DNA from: an uncultured Fibrobacterota bacterium
Lineage (GTDB): Bacteria; Fibrobacterota; Chitinivibrionia; Chitinivibrionales; FEN-1185
Reading direction: 5' to 3'
NCBI GenBank assembly: GCA_963729895.1
Contig: CAVSQB010000003.1
Coordinates: 96,001-160,000, forward strand
Length of the DNA stretch: 64,000 nucleotides
The translations under genes were made by a program, and so were the position numbers. Below are positions 18,149-28,562 of this stretch, one piece after another (positions within the stretch are counted from its first letter, which is position 1; each line of letters begins with the position of its first letter). The notes beneath the pieces were generated by a model, which saw nothing but the letters and a program-made list of their open reading frames with translations, searched no databases and was not told the DNA's origin.

Positions 18149-20410
18149 ATGAAAAACGCATCCACAACGATTCTTCTCTTGGTTTCTGTTGTTTTCGGCC
18201 AGAACGTCAACATTTCGGGTAAGGTGACGAACACAGGCGGGCAGCCGATCCAAGGGGCCATGGTACAAATATTTTCAACGCCAATGGCATGTACTACAAA
18301 GGCTGACGGTACGTATCTGCTGTCAGGGTCCACGCACACGATCGGCATGAACTCGGCGCAACTGGTTCCAAATAGCATCACGTACCAGAATCATTCATTT
18401 ACCTTTACGGTTTCGGCTGCGGCAACGGCCAGTGCCAAACTCTACGACCTCGCCGGACGCACTGTGGCTGAGATTTTTAACGGTCGCCTGAACCAGGGGG
18501 TGAACCGAGTCCCATTTTCAATGGAGGGCATCGGCCGCACGATGCTGCTTCTGCGCACAAAGATAGGCGATGTCAACGGTACCTACATGCTCAATCCCGC
18601 GGTACCCGCCTCGTTCGCGATCCGCTCTTCGTCCCGCATCAGCGGCAGTTTGTCCAAGACCATGGCGCTCGATTGGTTGCAGGCGAGCAAGACGGGATAC
18701 TTAACCGATATCCAGACCATAAGCTCGTATACCGGCATCGTCAATTGTACCTTGTCAACGATCGCCGCAGGCGCCCCTAATTTCGGCCCCAATGTCCATA
18801 TTTTCGATCCTACAATGGTGATGAGCACAATTCAATCCACCATGGACGGTCTTGTCGGTTCCACCGGGCAATTCAGCTCGCAACGCACCGCATTCCTGTT
18901 CAAGCCCGGCAGTTACTCGTTGACCATAACGGTTGACTATTACATTCAGGCATACGGCCTGGGGATGTCTCCCGAAGACGTGCAGATAACGGGCGCGGTG
19001 CAGGCAACGAACGGAGGTACCGGTTCATTCTGGCGGGGCGCGGAAGGCTTTTCCGTTACGCCTACCGGCGGGACCGATGTGTGGGCAGTATCGCAGGCCG
19101 ACCCCTTCCGGCGCATGCATGTCAAAGGCGCGTTGAGTATTTGCAACAGCGGCGCAAGCGGCGGCTTCATATCCGATTCCAAAATCGACGGTGCGATAAC
19201 CACTGGTTGTGCACAACAGTTCTACATACGAAACAGTGTCGTCAATGGAGCCAATGCCGGTGGTATCTGGAACTTTTTGTTCCAGGGATGCGACAATCCT
19301 CCGGCCGAGACGTGGCCGACGGGCGGGATAAGTGTGGTCGCCAGTACGCCGCTGGTGCGCGAAAAACCGTACCTTGTGTTCGACAACACTTCCGGATTGT
19401 ACTCCGTTTTCGTTCCGGCGCTTCGCACCAATTCTCAGGGAATCACCTGGGGAAACGGCACTCCGGCAGGCGTGTTGATGCCCATTGACCAGTTCTATAT
19501 TGCACTTGCCGGCACCGACAACGCCGCAACGATTAACGCAGCGCTTGCCCAAGGAAAGAACCTTATCCTCACCCCTGGTATCTACATACTCAATACCCCT
19601 ATACTTGTCCAGCGTCCCGGTACCGTGGTACTTGGCCTGGGCATGCCCACGCTGCAGGCGCAAAACGGCTCGACCGTTCTCAAGACCGCGGACGTGGACG
19701 GCATCGACGTCGCCAATATATTATATGAAGCCGGCTCTGGTGGTAATTCGCCCGTTTTGCTCCAGATAGGCGATTCCGGCAGCGCAGTGGACCACAGCGC
19801 GAATCCGCCCATCGTCCACGATCTCTTCCTCCGCTGTGGCGGCTCCGTTGTCGGCACATGCACAATCGGCGCAATCTTCAACAGCAACAACACCATCCTC
19901 GATCATTCCTGGATCTGGCGCGCCGACCATGGTGCAGGCGCGGGATGGAATACCGACTCAACCATTATCAGAGATGGGCTCTACATCAACGGCAACAATT
20001 GCATCACATACGGACAGATGGTGGAGCATTGGCAAAGGTACAACACAGTCTGGAACGGCGACAACGGCCAGCAGTATTTCTATCAGAATGAGCTTCCCTA
20101 CGACGTGCCGAACCAGGCGTCGTGGATGGAAGGCACTGTCCCTGGAATACCTGCCATCAAGTTGACCGACCGGGCTACGAAATTTTATGGATGGGGGCTT
20201 GGCATCTATTCCTACATGAGGAGGGCCGCGATCACAACCACCAATGCCATCGAAACCCCCAAGGTGCCGGGAGTATCGGTCCATCGTGTCGTCACCTTTG
20301 CGCTTGGCGGAGACCAGGGAACGATTTTGCATGCGATAAACGACACGGGGGCGGCGGTAAAGAATCCAAGTCCCACGATGATCAGATTCGGGGATTATGT
20401 AGGACATTGA
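18149..20410 (+). CDS. Secreted GH55-like exo-beta-1,3-glucanase
   Basis: FGPNVHIFDP, LFKPGSY, WAVSQADPFRRMH, WIWRADHG, FYQNELPYD as in bacterial GH55; AAGGAGG RBS. Confidence 0.85.
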   Translation: MKNASTTILLLVSVVFGQNVNISGKVTNTGGQPIQGAMVQIFSTPMACTTKADGTYLLSGSTHTIGMNSAQLVPNSITYQNHSFTFTVSAAATASAKLYDLAGRTVAEIFNGRLNQGVNRVPFSMEGIGRTMLLLRTKIGDVNGTYMLNPAVPASFAIRSSSRISGSLSKTMALDWLQASKTGYLTDIQTISSYTGIVNCTLSTIAAGAPNFGPNVHIFDPTMVMSTIQSTMDGLVGSTGQFSSQRTAFLFKPGSYSLTITVDYYIQAYGLGMSPEDVQITGAVQATNGGTGSFWRGAEGFSVTPTGGTDVWAVSQADPFRRMHVKGALSICNSGASGGFISDSKIDGAITTGCAQQFYIRNSVVNGANAGGIWNFLFQGCDNPPAETWPTGGISVVASTPLVREKPYLVFDNTSGLYSVFVPALRTNSQGITWGNGTPAGVLMPIDQFYIALAGTDNAATINAALAQGKNLILTPGIYILNTPILVQRPGTVVLGLGMPTLQAQNGSTVLKTADVDGIDVANILYEAGSGGNSPVLLQIGDSGSAVDHSANPPIVHDLFLRCGGSVVGTCTIGAIFNSNNTILDHSWIWRADHGAGAGWNTDSTIIRDGLYINGNNCITYGQMVEHWQRYNTVWNGDNGQQYFYQNELPYDVPNQASWMEGTVPGIPAIKLTDRATKFYGWGLGIYSYMRRAAITTTNAIETPKVPGVSVHRVVTFALGGDQGTILHAINDTGAAVKNPSPTMIRFGDYVGH

Positions 20411-20436
20411 TAACAGATTTGAGAAGATTTTGAGTG

Positions 20437-20464
20437 AAAGGGTGATCAGAAGATCACCCTTTTT
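20437..20464 (+). terminator. Intrinsic terminator
   Basis: AAAGGGTGATC-agaa-GATCACCCTTT plus T-run, after the GH55 stop. Confidence 0.8.
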
Positions 20465-20543
20465 CTTATTTATCAAAGAGTAATTAATGCTGGTAGGGCC
20501 TCGCCGGCCCTAAAACCCGGCAAAGAAAATGCTTATTATAACA

Positions 20544-20587
20544 ACCCCCGGCGGCCAAGGCGCCGCCACCCCCTTGGAAAGGGGGAA
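20544..20587. repeat. REP-like palindromic element
   Basis: ACCCCCGGCGG...CCGCCACCCCCTTGGAAAGGGGG double-hairpin form. Confidence 0.5.
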
Positions 20588-20675
20588 AACTCATTCCGGA
20601 ACCCCCAACTTGTTCTTCACGAATGGAATACTGATACGCTCAGTGCTCGGGCGGCAAAAGGCAGGAGGTATAATA

Positions 20676-20807
20676 ATGAAGCGCGAAGCGCTATTACCTT
20701 ACCTTGGGGAATACAATGACAATTCGCTTTGGCGCACCCTTCGGTCCACCTGGGCAGAAGAAACTGCCATATTTGTCAAAACGGCCTGCGGCAATATTTG
20801 CACTTGA
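20676..20807 (+). pseudogene. Possible degenerate DUF559-type endonuclease N-terminus
   Basis: AGGAGG RBS; MKREALLPY...WRTLRSTWAE loosely resembles DUF559 starts; stops after 43 aa. Confidence 0.3.
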
Positions 20808-21052
20808 GGAATAGCGTTGATATGACGAAACGCGTTGGATCTTAGTTTAGGACGGACGCAGGGTCGAACGGATACAACATCTTTGCTTCAAAACTGCCGC
20901 TCCGAAGGTGCGCGCAACGGGTGTTCCGGTCTTGCCACAGGCCCAACTCCGCCGCACTCCGCGAAGCTCCCAAAAGCATTTTAATTAATTGATTGCGGCA
21001 ATCCATTGTCAGACAAACACTATTTCAGCACACACGACCGATCAAAATTCTT

Positions 21053-21953
21053 GGTGATTATAAAACATCTTGCACAGGAATTATCTTGTGCATATGGGCT
21101 TTAGTCAATTAGAAACCTTTGAATTCATAGGGAAAACTGAAAACAGGGCAAAATTGTTCCTCAGAAAGTTCTGTTGGAAAAATGGCCATGTTTTCTGCAT
21201 CAATTGTAACAGCCATAAAATCTATCGTTTAAAAGGTAAAAAGTTCAGGTGCAAACGATGCGGAAATACCTTTCATGACTTCTCGAATCGGTGGATTGGT
21301 CAGTGCCGCGTCCCTCTGAAAAAGCTGCTGTGGATCATTAAGCTCTTTGAACTGGAAGTCTCAGCACGCAGGATAGCAACTCAGATCGGTTTGAGCTATC
21401 CCACGGTCTTGCGGATGTGTAATCTCATCCGAAGGGCCTTGATGGTCGCTGAAAGCGATTTCTGGCTCTCTGGAGAGGTTGAGCTCGATGAATCCTACTT
21501 CGGCGGCAGGCGTAAAGGTAAACGTGGCCGGGGTGCTGCCGGAAAGGTTCCCGTCTTTGGTATCCTGGAGAGACACGGAAAAGTGAAGGTGACAGTAGTA
21601 AAAAACGTCACTGCCGAAAGCCTGTTGACTGAGACTGTGAAAATGGTCAGACGAGGCTCCATCATTTACACTGACAAATTCCGCGGCTATGACGCCCTGA
21701 TGTTCTGCGGTTATCGGCATTTGAGAGTCGACCATGGGAAAAGATTTGCCACAGGCAAAGTTTATATTAACGGTTTGGAAGGCTTCTGGAGCTATGCTAA
21801 GGAACGTCTTGCAAAGTTCCATGGAGTCTCCAAAGAATACTTTCCAGGGTATCTGAACGAAATGGCTTTTCGGTACAATCATCGTCATGAAAATTTCTTT
21901 GAAAAACTTGTCAAAATGATCACTAATTTGGTGCAAGATCCTTTATAATTACC
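21053..21953 (+). mobile_element. IS1595-family insertion sequence, complete (901 bp)
   Basis: 23-bp TIRs GGTGATTATAAAACATCTTGCAC / GTGCAAGATCCTTTATAATTACC (20/23 match); 8-bp target duplication AAATTCTT at 21045-21052 and 21954-21961; AT-richer than flanks. Confidence 0.95.
21094..21948 (+). CDS. IS1595-family DDE transposase
   Basis: Zn ribbon CINC...CKRC, HTH, VELDESYFGG, GKRGRGAAGK, IYTD, INGLEGFWS. Confidence 0.95.
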   Translation: MGFSQLETFEFIGKTENRAKLFLRKFCWKNGHVFCINCNSHKIYRLKGKKFRCKRCGNTFHDFSNRWIGQCRVPLKKLLWIIKLFELEVSARRIATQIGLSYPTVLRMCNLIRRALMVAESDFWLSGEVELDESYFGGRRKGKRGRGAAGKVPVFGILERHGKVKVTVVKNVTAESLLTETVKMVRRGSIIYTDKFRGYDALMFCGYRHLRVDHGKRFATGKVYINGLEGFWSYAKERLAKFHGVSKEYFPGYLNEMAFRYNHRHENFFEKLVKMITNLVQDPL

Positions 21954-22223
21954 AAATTCTTTACTCACCAATTCCAATTTCTTCTTCCTCCCCAACTTCT
22001 TGACTTCATATTCCCGACTCATCGCCTGTCCCCGCGTCCCGCATTTTTCAACATACCTGAGCGCTACGGGCAAATGCGCCCTGGTATATTTCGCTCCCCT
22101 GCCCGCCTTATGCGCGGCAAGCCGCTTCCGCACGTCATTTGAAATCCCCGTGTACAAGGAGCCGTCGCGGCATTCCAGTATGTAAATAGACCACGCAGCT
22201 TTCCGGCGTTTGCGGGCCATCAA
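21885..22223 (-). CDS. GIY-YIG nuclease (UPF0213/YhbQ-like), C-terminally extended into the IS
   Basis: IYILECRDGSLYTGISND, RLAAH..GRGAKYTR, AMSREYEVKKL. Confidence 0.92.
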   Translation of the reverse strand: MMARKRRKAAWSIYILECRDGSLYTGISNDVRKRLAAHKAGRGAKYTRAHLPVALRYVEKCGTRGQAMSREYEVKKLGRKKKLELVSKEFGNYKGSCTKLVIILTSFSKKFS

Positions 22224-24856
22224 AAAATCGACAATTTGTTAAGCGTTCGTTCTCCTGCCTGTGTCATTTCGAGTAAATAGATACCTTTACTTAATGAGGA
22301 TGTTTCGAGAATAAGGCCGGCAGACGGTACCTTCCGGGTATTGATCACCCGAACAACCTTGCCGGAACAGTTCAAAAGCTTGACAACCGCGCCCACCGTT
22401 GCGTCCGTTCCGGAAATGGAAATAATGAAGTTTCCATTGGAAAGTTTCTTTATCGCCATCCGCCCCGCGTAGCGGGATCCGGCTTGCGAACCCGGACCGA
22501 TTGGCGAGACAACGCCGACTCCGGAACGGATTCCGTATAAAAATCCGTATAAAGCAATTTTCCCCCGCATGGTCTGCTGCGGCGTAAATTCGGAATGGGC
22601 ATATACATAACGGGTATTGAAATAGACCTCGCCAACAGGCCAGGTCGAATTGGTAGGATAGCTGAAGGCCGTCATCCAGCTTGGATTGCCCATAACCATG
22701 CCGCCTCCCCAATCGACGACATTGAAGTACGGGGTCATTCCAGGATGCTGGCCCGGAGTACCGTCATTCTGGCCTGAGATGTACATGGCGTCGACACTGC
22801 GTTTTGTGGAAAGCGGTGTTGATGCTGTGGTCATCTGGATCAGATTCGCCGGATTTCTGCCGAGTCCCCAGTCAGCTTCCAATATCAGGGCATTCTCCAG
22901 GAAATCTTTGTCCGCCTGGGTCGTCGCAACCGCACGCGCAAGGATAGTCCGCTGGACATTCTGCTCGGTATGGAACCACCCTGTATTATTGTCGGTCGAA
23001 CGCCGTGAAGGCCTGATGGTACTGTAGTTGGCCTCGCTGTTTTTCGCCTCGTTGATTATCGAGGCTTTCATATTGCTAAACAAGGTAGGATAATTGACGG
23101 TACGGTTGGTGAAAAGATACGCGGCGGTCGCCCACAGCTGGTTATAGGCGGTTACATCTATGATTGTGGAGGTCGCGTTGGTAACCTTGCTTTCGGCATT
23201 GATTTCGTTTTCATAAACCGTGTTTCCCGTTACATTGTAAAGGTACGCGGCGGCCAACATCTTAAGGTCTCTGCCCCGCACATAGCCGTCGCCGATTCCT
23301 TGTTCAAAGTCAAGCATCTGATCGGCGAGTCCCCCGGCAAAATTGTACGCATTGACGGCCGAGTCCCGGTAGGTGTTCATGTACGTTGTGAGACCGGCAA
23401 TGCGGAACGCCTCGGCCAGCATCGCGCTGTTGGCGGCGCTGGCCCATGCCGCAAGTGCGTTAGCTCCGGCCTGATAAAAAACATTGCTGCTGTTGGGGTT
23501 CGTGAGTCCGTACCCGTATGCCTGGCCGTCGCGCAGGTTCAGCCAGAAATCAACTTCGTTTCTTGCTTCATCGATGATGTCCGGAATGCCGTTGCCGCTC
23601 TCCGGTATGCCGAGGTTGTCGTCGGAAATAGCGCCGTTCGTTAGTATAAAAGGCAGAAGCATATCGTAAATATTTGAAATGTGGCTCATGTTCCTGTCCC
23701 AGTCGGCCGCGTCCGCATGCCCGCCGATTGCCCGCATGTTTGTCCTGCCCGTGGAATAGGGAGCCCACGCATCGGGATTATCATACACATCCCCGCCGGA
23801 AAAGGTCGTCCAATTGGCATTGGTCGGCTCCATGGTGGTGATATAGACAACCGTGCTGGGCGGGTTGACACCCGGTATATACAACGGACGCCGCGGAACC
23901 GGCCGTATGCCGACGCTGTCCTGGCCGATGCGCATGTAGAAATAGCCGCGTTCATTTACCATAAACGGATCGTGATACACGTCATCGGCGATCTCAAAAT
24001 CCTGGCTGCAGCCGACTCCGTCAATTGCCAGTCGGTATGTTCCCGGCGTGTAATTGCCTGTAAAATCGGCTTTCCACACATTGGACATGGTAAAATTGTA
24101 CCCCTGCGCTTCGCCGGCGCTTGCTTTCCAGAAAGCAACCGTAGCCACCTGCTGCGATGTCTGGGTGACGGTGTTGTACAGGTAGACATTATTTCCCTGG
24201 AAACCCGTGTAATCTCTGGCGCCGCCATCGCCCAGCCAACAGTAAAGGTCGGCGGCTTTTATGCTCGCGGCATTCGAATAGCCCACAAGATTGACATGCA
24301 CGGCTTCGGAACGGCTGTTGTAAATATCATACGTAAATGTCTTTGAAGTGGAATCGGCATTGGTGTTTGCGTTGATCTGAAGGGTATAGGTTTTTCCCTG
24401 TACCATGGAACTGGGCAGTTTCAGATAAATGGAGTGCTCCATGGTGTGCAAATAGGCAAAATCGCTGCCTGTCCAACTGCCCTCGTACATGCCGTTGAGT
24501 TTTGATTTCCTGGAGCAGCTGGTGGGCGCCAGTCCCGCCGCGCCGTACGCAACATCGTCGGTTGAGGTAAGTTTCCAGGAGGCGGTCGCTACGGCATTGG
24601 CGGTATTGAGGGCAGTACCATAATTTACAACGTAATTTTTACTCGCATCGTGGCCAAGATTAAGAAAAGCCGTCGGCCCCAAACCATCATCCACAAAGTC
24701 GACGTCGCCGTCTTTGAAATACACCTGGAGGTACTCCTTGTCAACAACTTTCACTTCCGCAAGCATTGACGCCTGCAAAGCCTGAAAGAATGAAAGGAAC
24801 AGGATAAAGCCTGAGATGGAAACAGCATTACGCGCACGGTGCGGATGCCTTGGCAT
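22220..24856 (-). CDS. Secreted GH9-like glucanase with Ig-like domain and T9SS-like C-terminal domain
   Basis: VHVNLVGY, GYFYMRIG, GGHADAADWD, ESGNGIPDIIDEARNEVDFWL, LGRNP, HSEFT; C-terminal LSKGIYLL. Confidence 0.8.
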   Translation of the reverse strand: MPRHPHRARNAVSISGFILFLSFFQALQASMLAEVKVVDKEYLQVYFKDGDVDFVDDGLGPTAFLNLGHDASKNYVVNYGTALNTANAVATASWKLTSTDDVAYGAAGLAPTSCSRKSKLNGMYEGSWTGSDFAYLHTMEHSIYLKLPSSMVQGKTYTLQINANTNADSTSKTFTYDIYNSRSEAVHVNLVGYSNAASIKAADLYCWLGDGGARDYTGFQGNNVYLYNTVTQTSQQVATVAFWKASAGEAQGYNFTMSNVWKADFTGNYTPGTYRLAIDGVGCSQDFEIADDVYHDPFMVNERGYFYMRIGQDSVGIRPVPRRPLYIPGVNPPSTVVYITTMEPTNANWTTFSGGDVYDNPDAWAPYSTGRTNMRAIGGHADAADWDRNMSHISNIYDMLLPFILTNGAISDDNLGIPESGNGIPDIIDEARNEVDFWLNLRDGQAYGYGLTNPNSSNVFYQAGANALAAWASAANSAMLAEAFRIAGLTTYMNTYRDSAVNAYNFAGGLADQMLDFEQGIGDGYVRGRDLKMLAAAYLYNVTGNTVYENEINAESKVTNATSTIIDVTAYNQLWATAAYLFTNRTVNYPTLFSNMKASIINEAKNSEANYSTIRPSRRSTDNNTGWFHTEQNVQRTILARAVATTQADKDFLENALILEADWGLGRNPANLIQMTTASTPLSTKRSVDAMYISGQNDGTPGQHPGMTPYFNVVDWGGGMVMGNPSWMTAFSYPTNSTWPVGEVYFNTRYVYAHSEFTPQQTMRGKIALYGFLYGIRSGVGVVSPIGPGSQAGSRYAGRMAIKKLSNGNFIISISGTDATVGAVVKLLNCSGKVVRVINTRKVPSAGLILETSSLSKGIYLLEMTQAGERTLNKLSIF

Positions 24857-24937
24857 AGGTACCCCTTTTTTGATAGTCTCTTGAGGTGGAAGCGCCGACA
24901 GATGCAATATAGTTGTCACCGCAAGGAGAGTCACTAA

Positions 24938-26578
24938 TCAGGTCACACGTAAGGTTCCGTAAACCGTTCGTGGTGACACTGAGTTTATCGAAGTGTGTCG
25001 AATCATGAACGCCCCGTTCATCACGTCGAAGCTACAACGCGCCGAAAAACCCTGGAGAAACTGGACAGTGTCCCGCTCTTTGTCTCTCAAGGCGAACATC
25101 ATGTCGCCGGACAACGGGCGGAGAACTCCCGTAAGCAAAGTATTCGCAGAGGTCAAAGCGCTCATTCCCGATTCTCCCCAAAGGTTCGAGGCACTCACCC
25201 TGTAGTAGTAGGTTTTTCCTGTGTCAAGACCTGTGTCGGTGAATGTGCCTGCGGTCAGGGGTCCAATACGCAAAGGACTGGAACCCGTATCTGTTGTATC
25301 CCTGTAAATTGCATAATATGTTGCGCCCTGCACTACAGGCCAGGTGACTACAATGCTTGTTTTGGAAACGCCTGTTGCGACAACATTCAAAGGCACGGCA
25401 GGAACGGTTGTCGCGTTTACCGAGACCGACGGACCGGACTCGCCCGAATCGCCAACGGCAGTTATCTTGTAATAGTACTGTGTACCCGCAGACAAACCCG
25501 TGTCGGTGAATGAGGTATCTGCAGCGCCGCTCAATGTTGCCACAATCGAATATGATCCGCTCGCGGAGCCGCTCCTGTAAACTTTGTATGAGGTTATTGG
25601 CGCATCGTACGGAAAGCTTTTCCAGATTACAGTGATACTGTCGCTCGTTGCTCCTGCAACCATAACTCCCAAAGGTGCGGCGCGATTGGTTGTTGCACTT
25701 GCCGGGGCCGATTGGCCCGACTCGCCGGAAGTATCGAGCGCGGTCACCTTGTAGTAATATAAGGTAGACGGAGACAAACTTGTATCCGCTGTACCCGAAT
25801 CGATAATCGTATCTGCGGTCACAATGCCGACCGCCGCATAGCTTCCGGTGTCGTTTGTGGTGCTCCTGTATACCTTGAACGATTTAGCGCCCGCAACCGG
25901 CGGCCATACCACCATGATGCTGACGGAAGAAACGGCGGTTGCCGCCAGGCCCATGGGCATTGCAGGAACAGTGATCGCGTTTATCGACGCAGACAATGGC
26001 GATTCCTGCGAACCATTGGCCGCGCCTATTTTGTAGTAATAAATTGTCCCGGCCTTGAGGCCGGTGTCAATGAATGTGTCGATTGAAACCGTTCCGACTG
26101 CGGCAAAGGCGCCCGTGTCCGAAAAGCTCCTGTACACATTGTAAGATGCAGCGCCCGGAATCAAGGCCCAATTAACGGAAATGCCGGAACTGGAAGTGCC
26201 GATGGCGGCAAGGTCCGAGGGAATCGCGGTGGTTGAATAAACCGGTGAGGACGTGTCGGATCCGAAATTGTTGGATGCAACTACCTTGTAATAGTACAGG
26301 TTGCCCGCAACCAGGCCGGTATCGACGAAGGAATCCGGCACCACCGTTTTAACAAACGAGAACGTTCCGCTGTCGCTCGCGCTGCGTAAAACAGTGTACG
26401 AGGTCGCGCCCAGAATCCTCACCCACCCGACGCGGATACTGTTCATGCCCACCCCAGACGCCCACACGCTCAAGGGAACCGGCGGCTTCACCGCCGTGTT
26501 CACCGACGAATTGGAACAGGACAGCATAAACCCTATTGTCAAGATACTCGGAAGGAGGAATTTTGGTATCCGGATCAT
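24938..26578 (-). CDS. Lipoprotein with five fibronectin type III repeats
   Basis: Lipobox MLSC; five repeats of I.V.W...GA.SY.VYRS...F.DTGL..GT.YYYK. Confidence 0.85.
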   Translation of the reverse strand: MIRIPKFLLPSILTIGFMLSCSNSSVNTAVKPPVPLSVWASGVGMNSIRVGWVRILGATSYTVLRSASDSGTFSFVKTVVPDSFVDTGLVAGNLYYYKVVASNNFGSDTSSPVYSTTAIPSDLAAIGTSSSGISVNWALIPGAASYNVYRSFSDTGAFAAVGTVSIDTFIDTGLKAGTIYYYKIGAANGSQESPLSASINAITVPAMPMGLAATAVSSVSIMVVWPPVAGAKSFKVYRSTTNDTGSYAAVGIVTADTIIDSGTADTSLSPSTLYYYKVTALDTSGESGQSAPASATTNRAAPLGVMVAGATSDSITVIWKSFPYDAPITSYKVYRSGSASGSYSIVATLSGAADTSFTDTGLSAGTQYYYKITAVGDSGESGPSVSVNATTVPAVPLNVVATGVSKTSIVVTWPVVQGATYYAIYRDTTDTGSSPLRIGPLTAGTFTDTGLDTGKTYYYRVSASNLWGESGMSALTSANTLLTGVLRPLSGDMMFALRDKERDTVQFLQGFSARCSFDVMNGAFMIRHTSINSVSPRTVYGTLRVT

Positions 26579-26743
26579 AACGTGCCAGAGTACGCGACGG
26601 CGGACGGCGGGTTGATTGAATTCCGGGCCGTGAAACCCGGGCCTTTGATCGTAAGAGGGAAAAATAGCTGGATCGCGCGGGAATGTCAATTTGTTGATGG
26701 GATGCTCGGCTGCCTTTCTGCCGCAAAGCGTCGCGAAATTGGA

Positions 26744-26769
26744 GAACCCCGCAGCAAGCTGCGGGGTTC
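26744..26769. repeat. Palindromic REP-like hairpin
   Basis: GAACCCCGCAGC-aa-GCTGCGGGGTTC between divergent genes, with no U-tract. Confidence 0.55.
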
Positions 26770-26903
26770 AATCATAAGTATGCCGCGTCCATCGGGGGAT
26801 TGATAGTATTTTATGACGGTAAGGCGCATCGACCCGATTCTTCCTCCGGGATTGCAGAGGAGTTTCTTGATTCTTGCGTCTTGAAACAATTTGAGGGGGC
26901 GTA

Positions 26904-28379
26904 ATGCACATTTTTCCCATACTCACAGCCGCTCTTGCCGGGACCGTACTCACGGCGATTATCGCGTTTTTCATGTCGAGGATCGGGGAAAAAGCGGCAT
27001 TCGACCGCGGGGCAGGCCAGAACGCAAACCAGCTCGGCGTTCTTCAGGAAAAACTGTCGACCCTTGCCGCACAGATACAAGACCTCACTGCACGGCTTGC
27101 CTCGGCGGAGGCGCTGACGGAACAGGAACGTGAGAAATCGTGCGAGCTCACCGCGCGCGCCGCAGCGCTCGAAATTTCGGCGAACCGCGTACCCCAATTC
27201 GAAAAGGAACTGTACGCCTCGCGCCAGGAAATGTCGCAGAAGCAAAGCGACATCGCGCGCCTCGAAACGATAATCGACAAAGAACGCAGGCAAAACGAAG
27301 AGAAACTCGCCCTGCTCAATGAGGCCAAGGAACAGATGAAATCGGATTTCCAGAACCTTGCCAACAGGATCCTGGAGGAGAAAAGCGCAAAGTTCACCGA
27401 ACAGAACAGGCTTAACATAGACACTATCATGTCCCCCCTACGCGACCAGCTTTCCGAATTCAAGAAGCGCGTGGAAGACGTGTACGACAAGGAATCAAAA
27501 GACCGCGTTTCCCTGTTCATGGAAATCACCAATCTCAAGCAGCTGAATCAGAAGATCAGTGAAGATGCAGTCAACCTCACCAACGCACTTAAAGGCGACA
27601 ACAAAACGCAGGGAACCTGGGGGGAACTCGCGCTGGAACGCGTGCTCGAAATGTCGGGTCTCCAGAAAGGCAGGGAGTATGAAGTGCAGGTACACACCCA
27701 CGATGCAAACGGCAGCGGCTACAAGCCCGATGTCGTGATTTACCTTCCGGAGAACAAACAGGTGATCGTCGATGCAAAAGTGTCGCTCCTTGCGTATGAG
27801 CAATACTGCAGCGCCGGCACCGAGGAAGAACGCAGGGGCAAGCTCAAAGACCATGTCGCGTCCGTGCGCAACCAGGTGCGCCTCCTGAGCTCAAAGAACT
27901 ACGACCAACTCCTCGAGGTTCGGTCCCTCGATTACGTCCTCTTGTTTATCAACGTAGAGGCGGCATTCCTCGCCGCTATCAAAGAGGACAAGGAGCTTTT
28001 TAGCGACGCGTTTGCCAAGAACATCATCCTTGTGTGCCCTTCCACCCTGCTGGTCACGCTGCGCACAATTGCCAATATCTGGAGGTACGAATACCAGAAC
28101 CAGAACGCCCAGACCATTGCGAAAAAAGCGGCCGATCTGTACGACAAGTTCGTCACGTTCGTCGCCACCCTTGAAGACGTGAACGCGGCAATACGAAAAG
28201 CGTCCGCCGAGTGCGATTCCGCACTCAAACTCCTTTCAACGGGGAAAGGCAATCTTGTAAAGAAAGTGGAGGACTTCAAACAGCTCGGCGTTAAGGGCAA
28301 GAAGAACCTGCCCGTTCAATTGATTGACGCTTCGGACGGCGACGAAGAAGATGCCGGGCAGGCCGGCGCTTTATGTTGA
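26904..28379 (+). CDS. rmuC: DNA recombination protein RmuC
   Basis: N-terminal TM and coiled coil; LTNALKGDNKTQGTWGE, KPDVVIYLP, VIVDAKVSL, PSTLLVTLRTI. Confidence 0.95.
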   Translation: MHIFPILTAALAGTVLTAIIAFFMSRIGEKAAFDRGAGQNANQLGVLQEKLSTLAAQIQDLTARLASAEALTEQEREKSCELTARAAALEISANRVPQFEKELYASRQEMSQKQSDIARLETIIDKERRQNEEKLALLNEAKEQMKSDFQNLANRILEEKSAKFTEQNRLNIDTIMSPLRDQLSEFKKRVEDVYDKESKDRVSLFMEITNLKQLNQKISEDAVNLTNALKGDNKTQGTWGELALERVLEMSGLQKGREYEVQVHTHDANGSGYKPDVVIYLPENKQVIVDAKVSLLAYEQYCSAGTEEERRGKLKDHVASVRNQVRLLSSKNYDQLLEVRSLDYVLLFINVEAAFLAAIKEDKELFSDAFAKNIILVCPSTLLVTLRTIANIWRYEYQNQNAQTIAKKAADLYDKFVTFVATLEDVNAAIRKASAECDSALKLLSTGKGNLVKKVEDFKQLGVKGKKNLPVQLIDASDGDEEDAGQAGALC

Positions 28380-28562
28380 GGCCGAGGAGGCGTGATGCGT
28401 GGACAGCCCTCCGGCGACCAGTGGTCCATTCCTGCAGCGTCGAACTTCTTTTCCCTTGCTTGTTTACATCCCCCTCGCGAAAAGCTATTTTTCTTCCCGA
28501 AAGAGAAGGATCTTGAAGAGCTGCTTAAACCGCGATCATCAATCTGCGATCTAGAATTCTTA

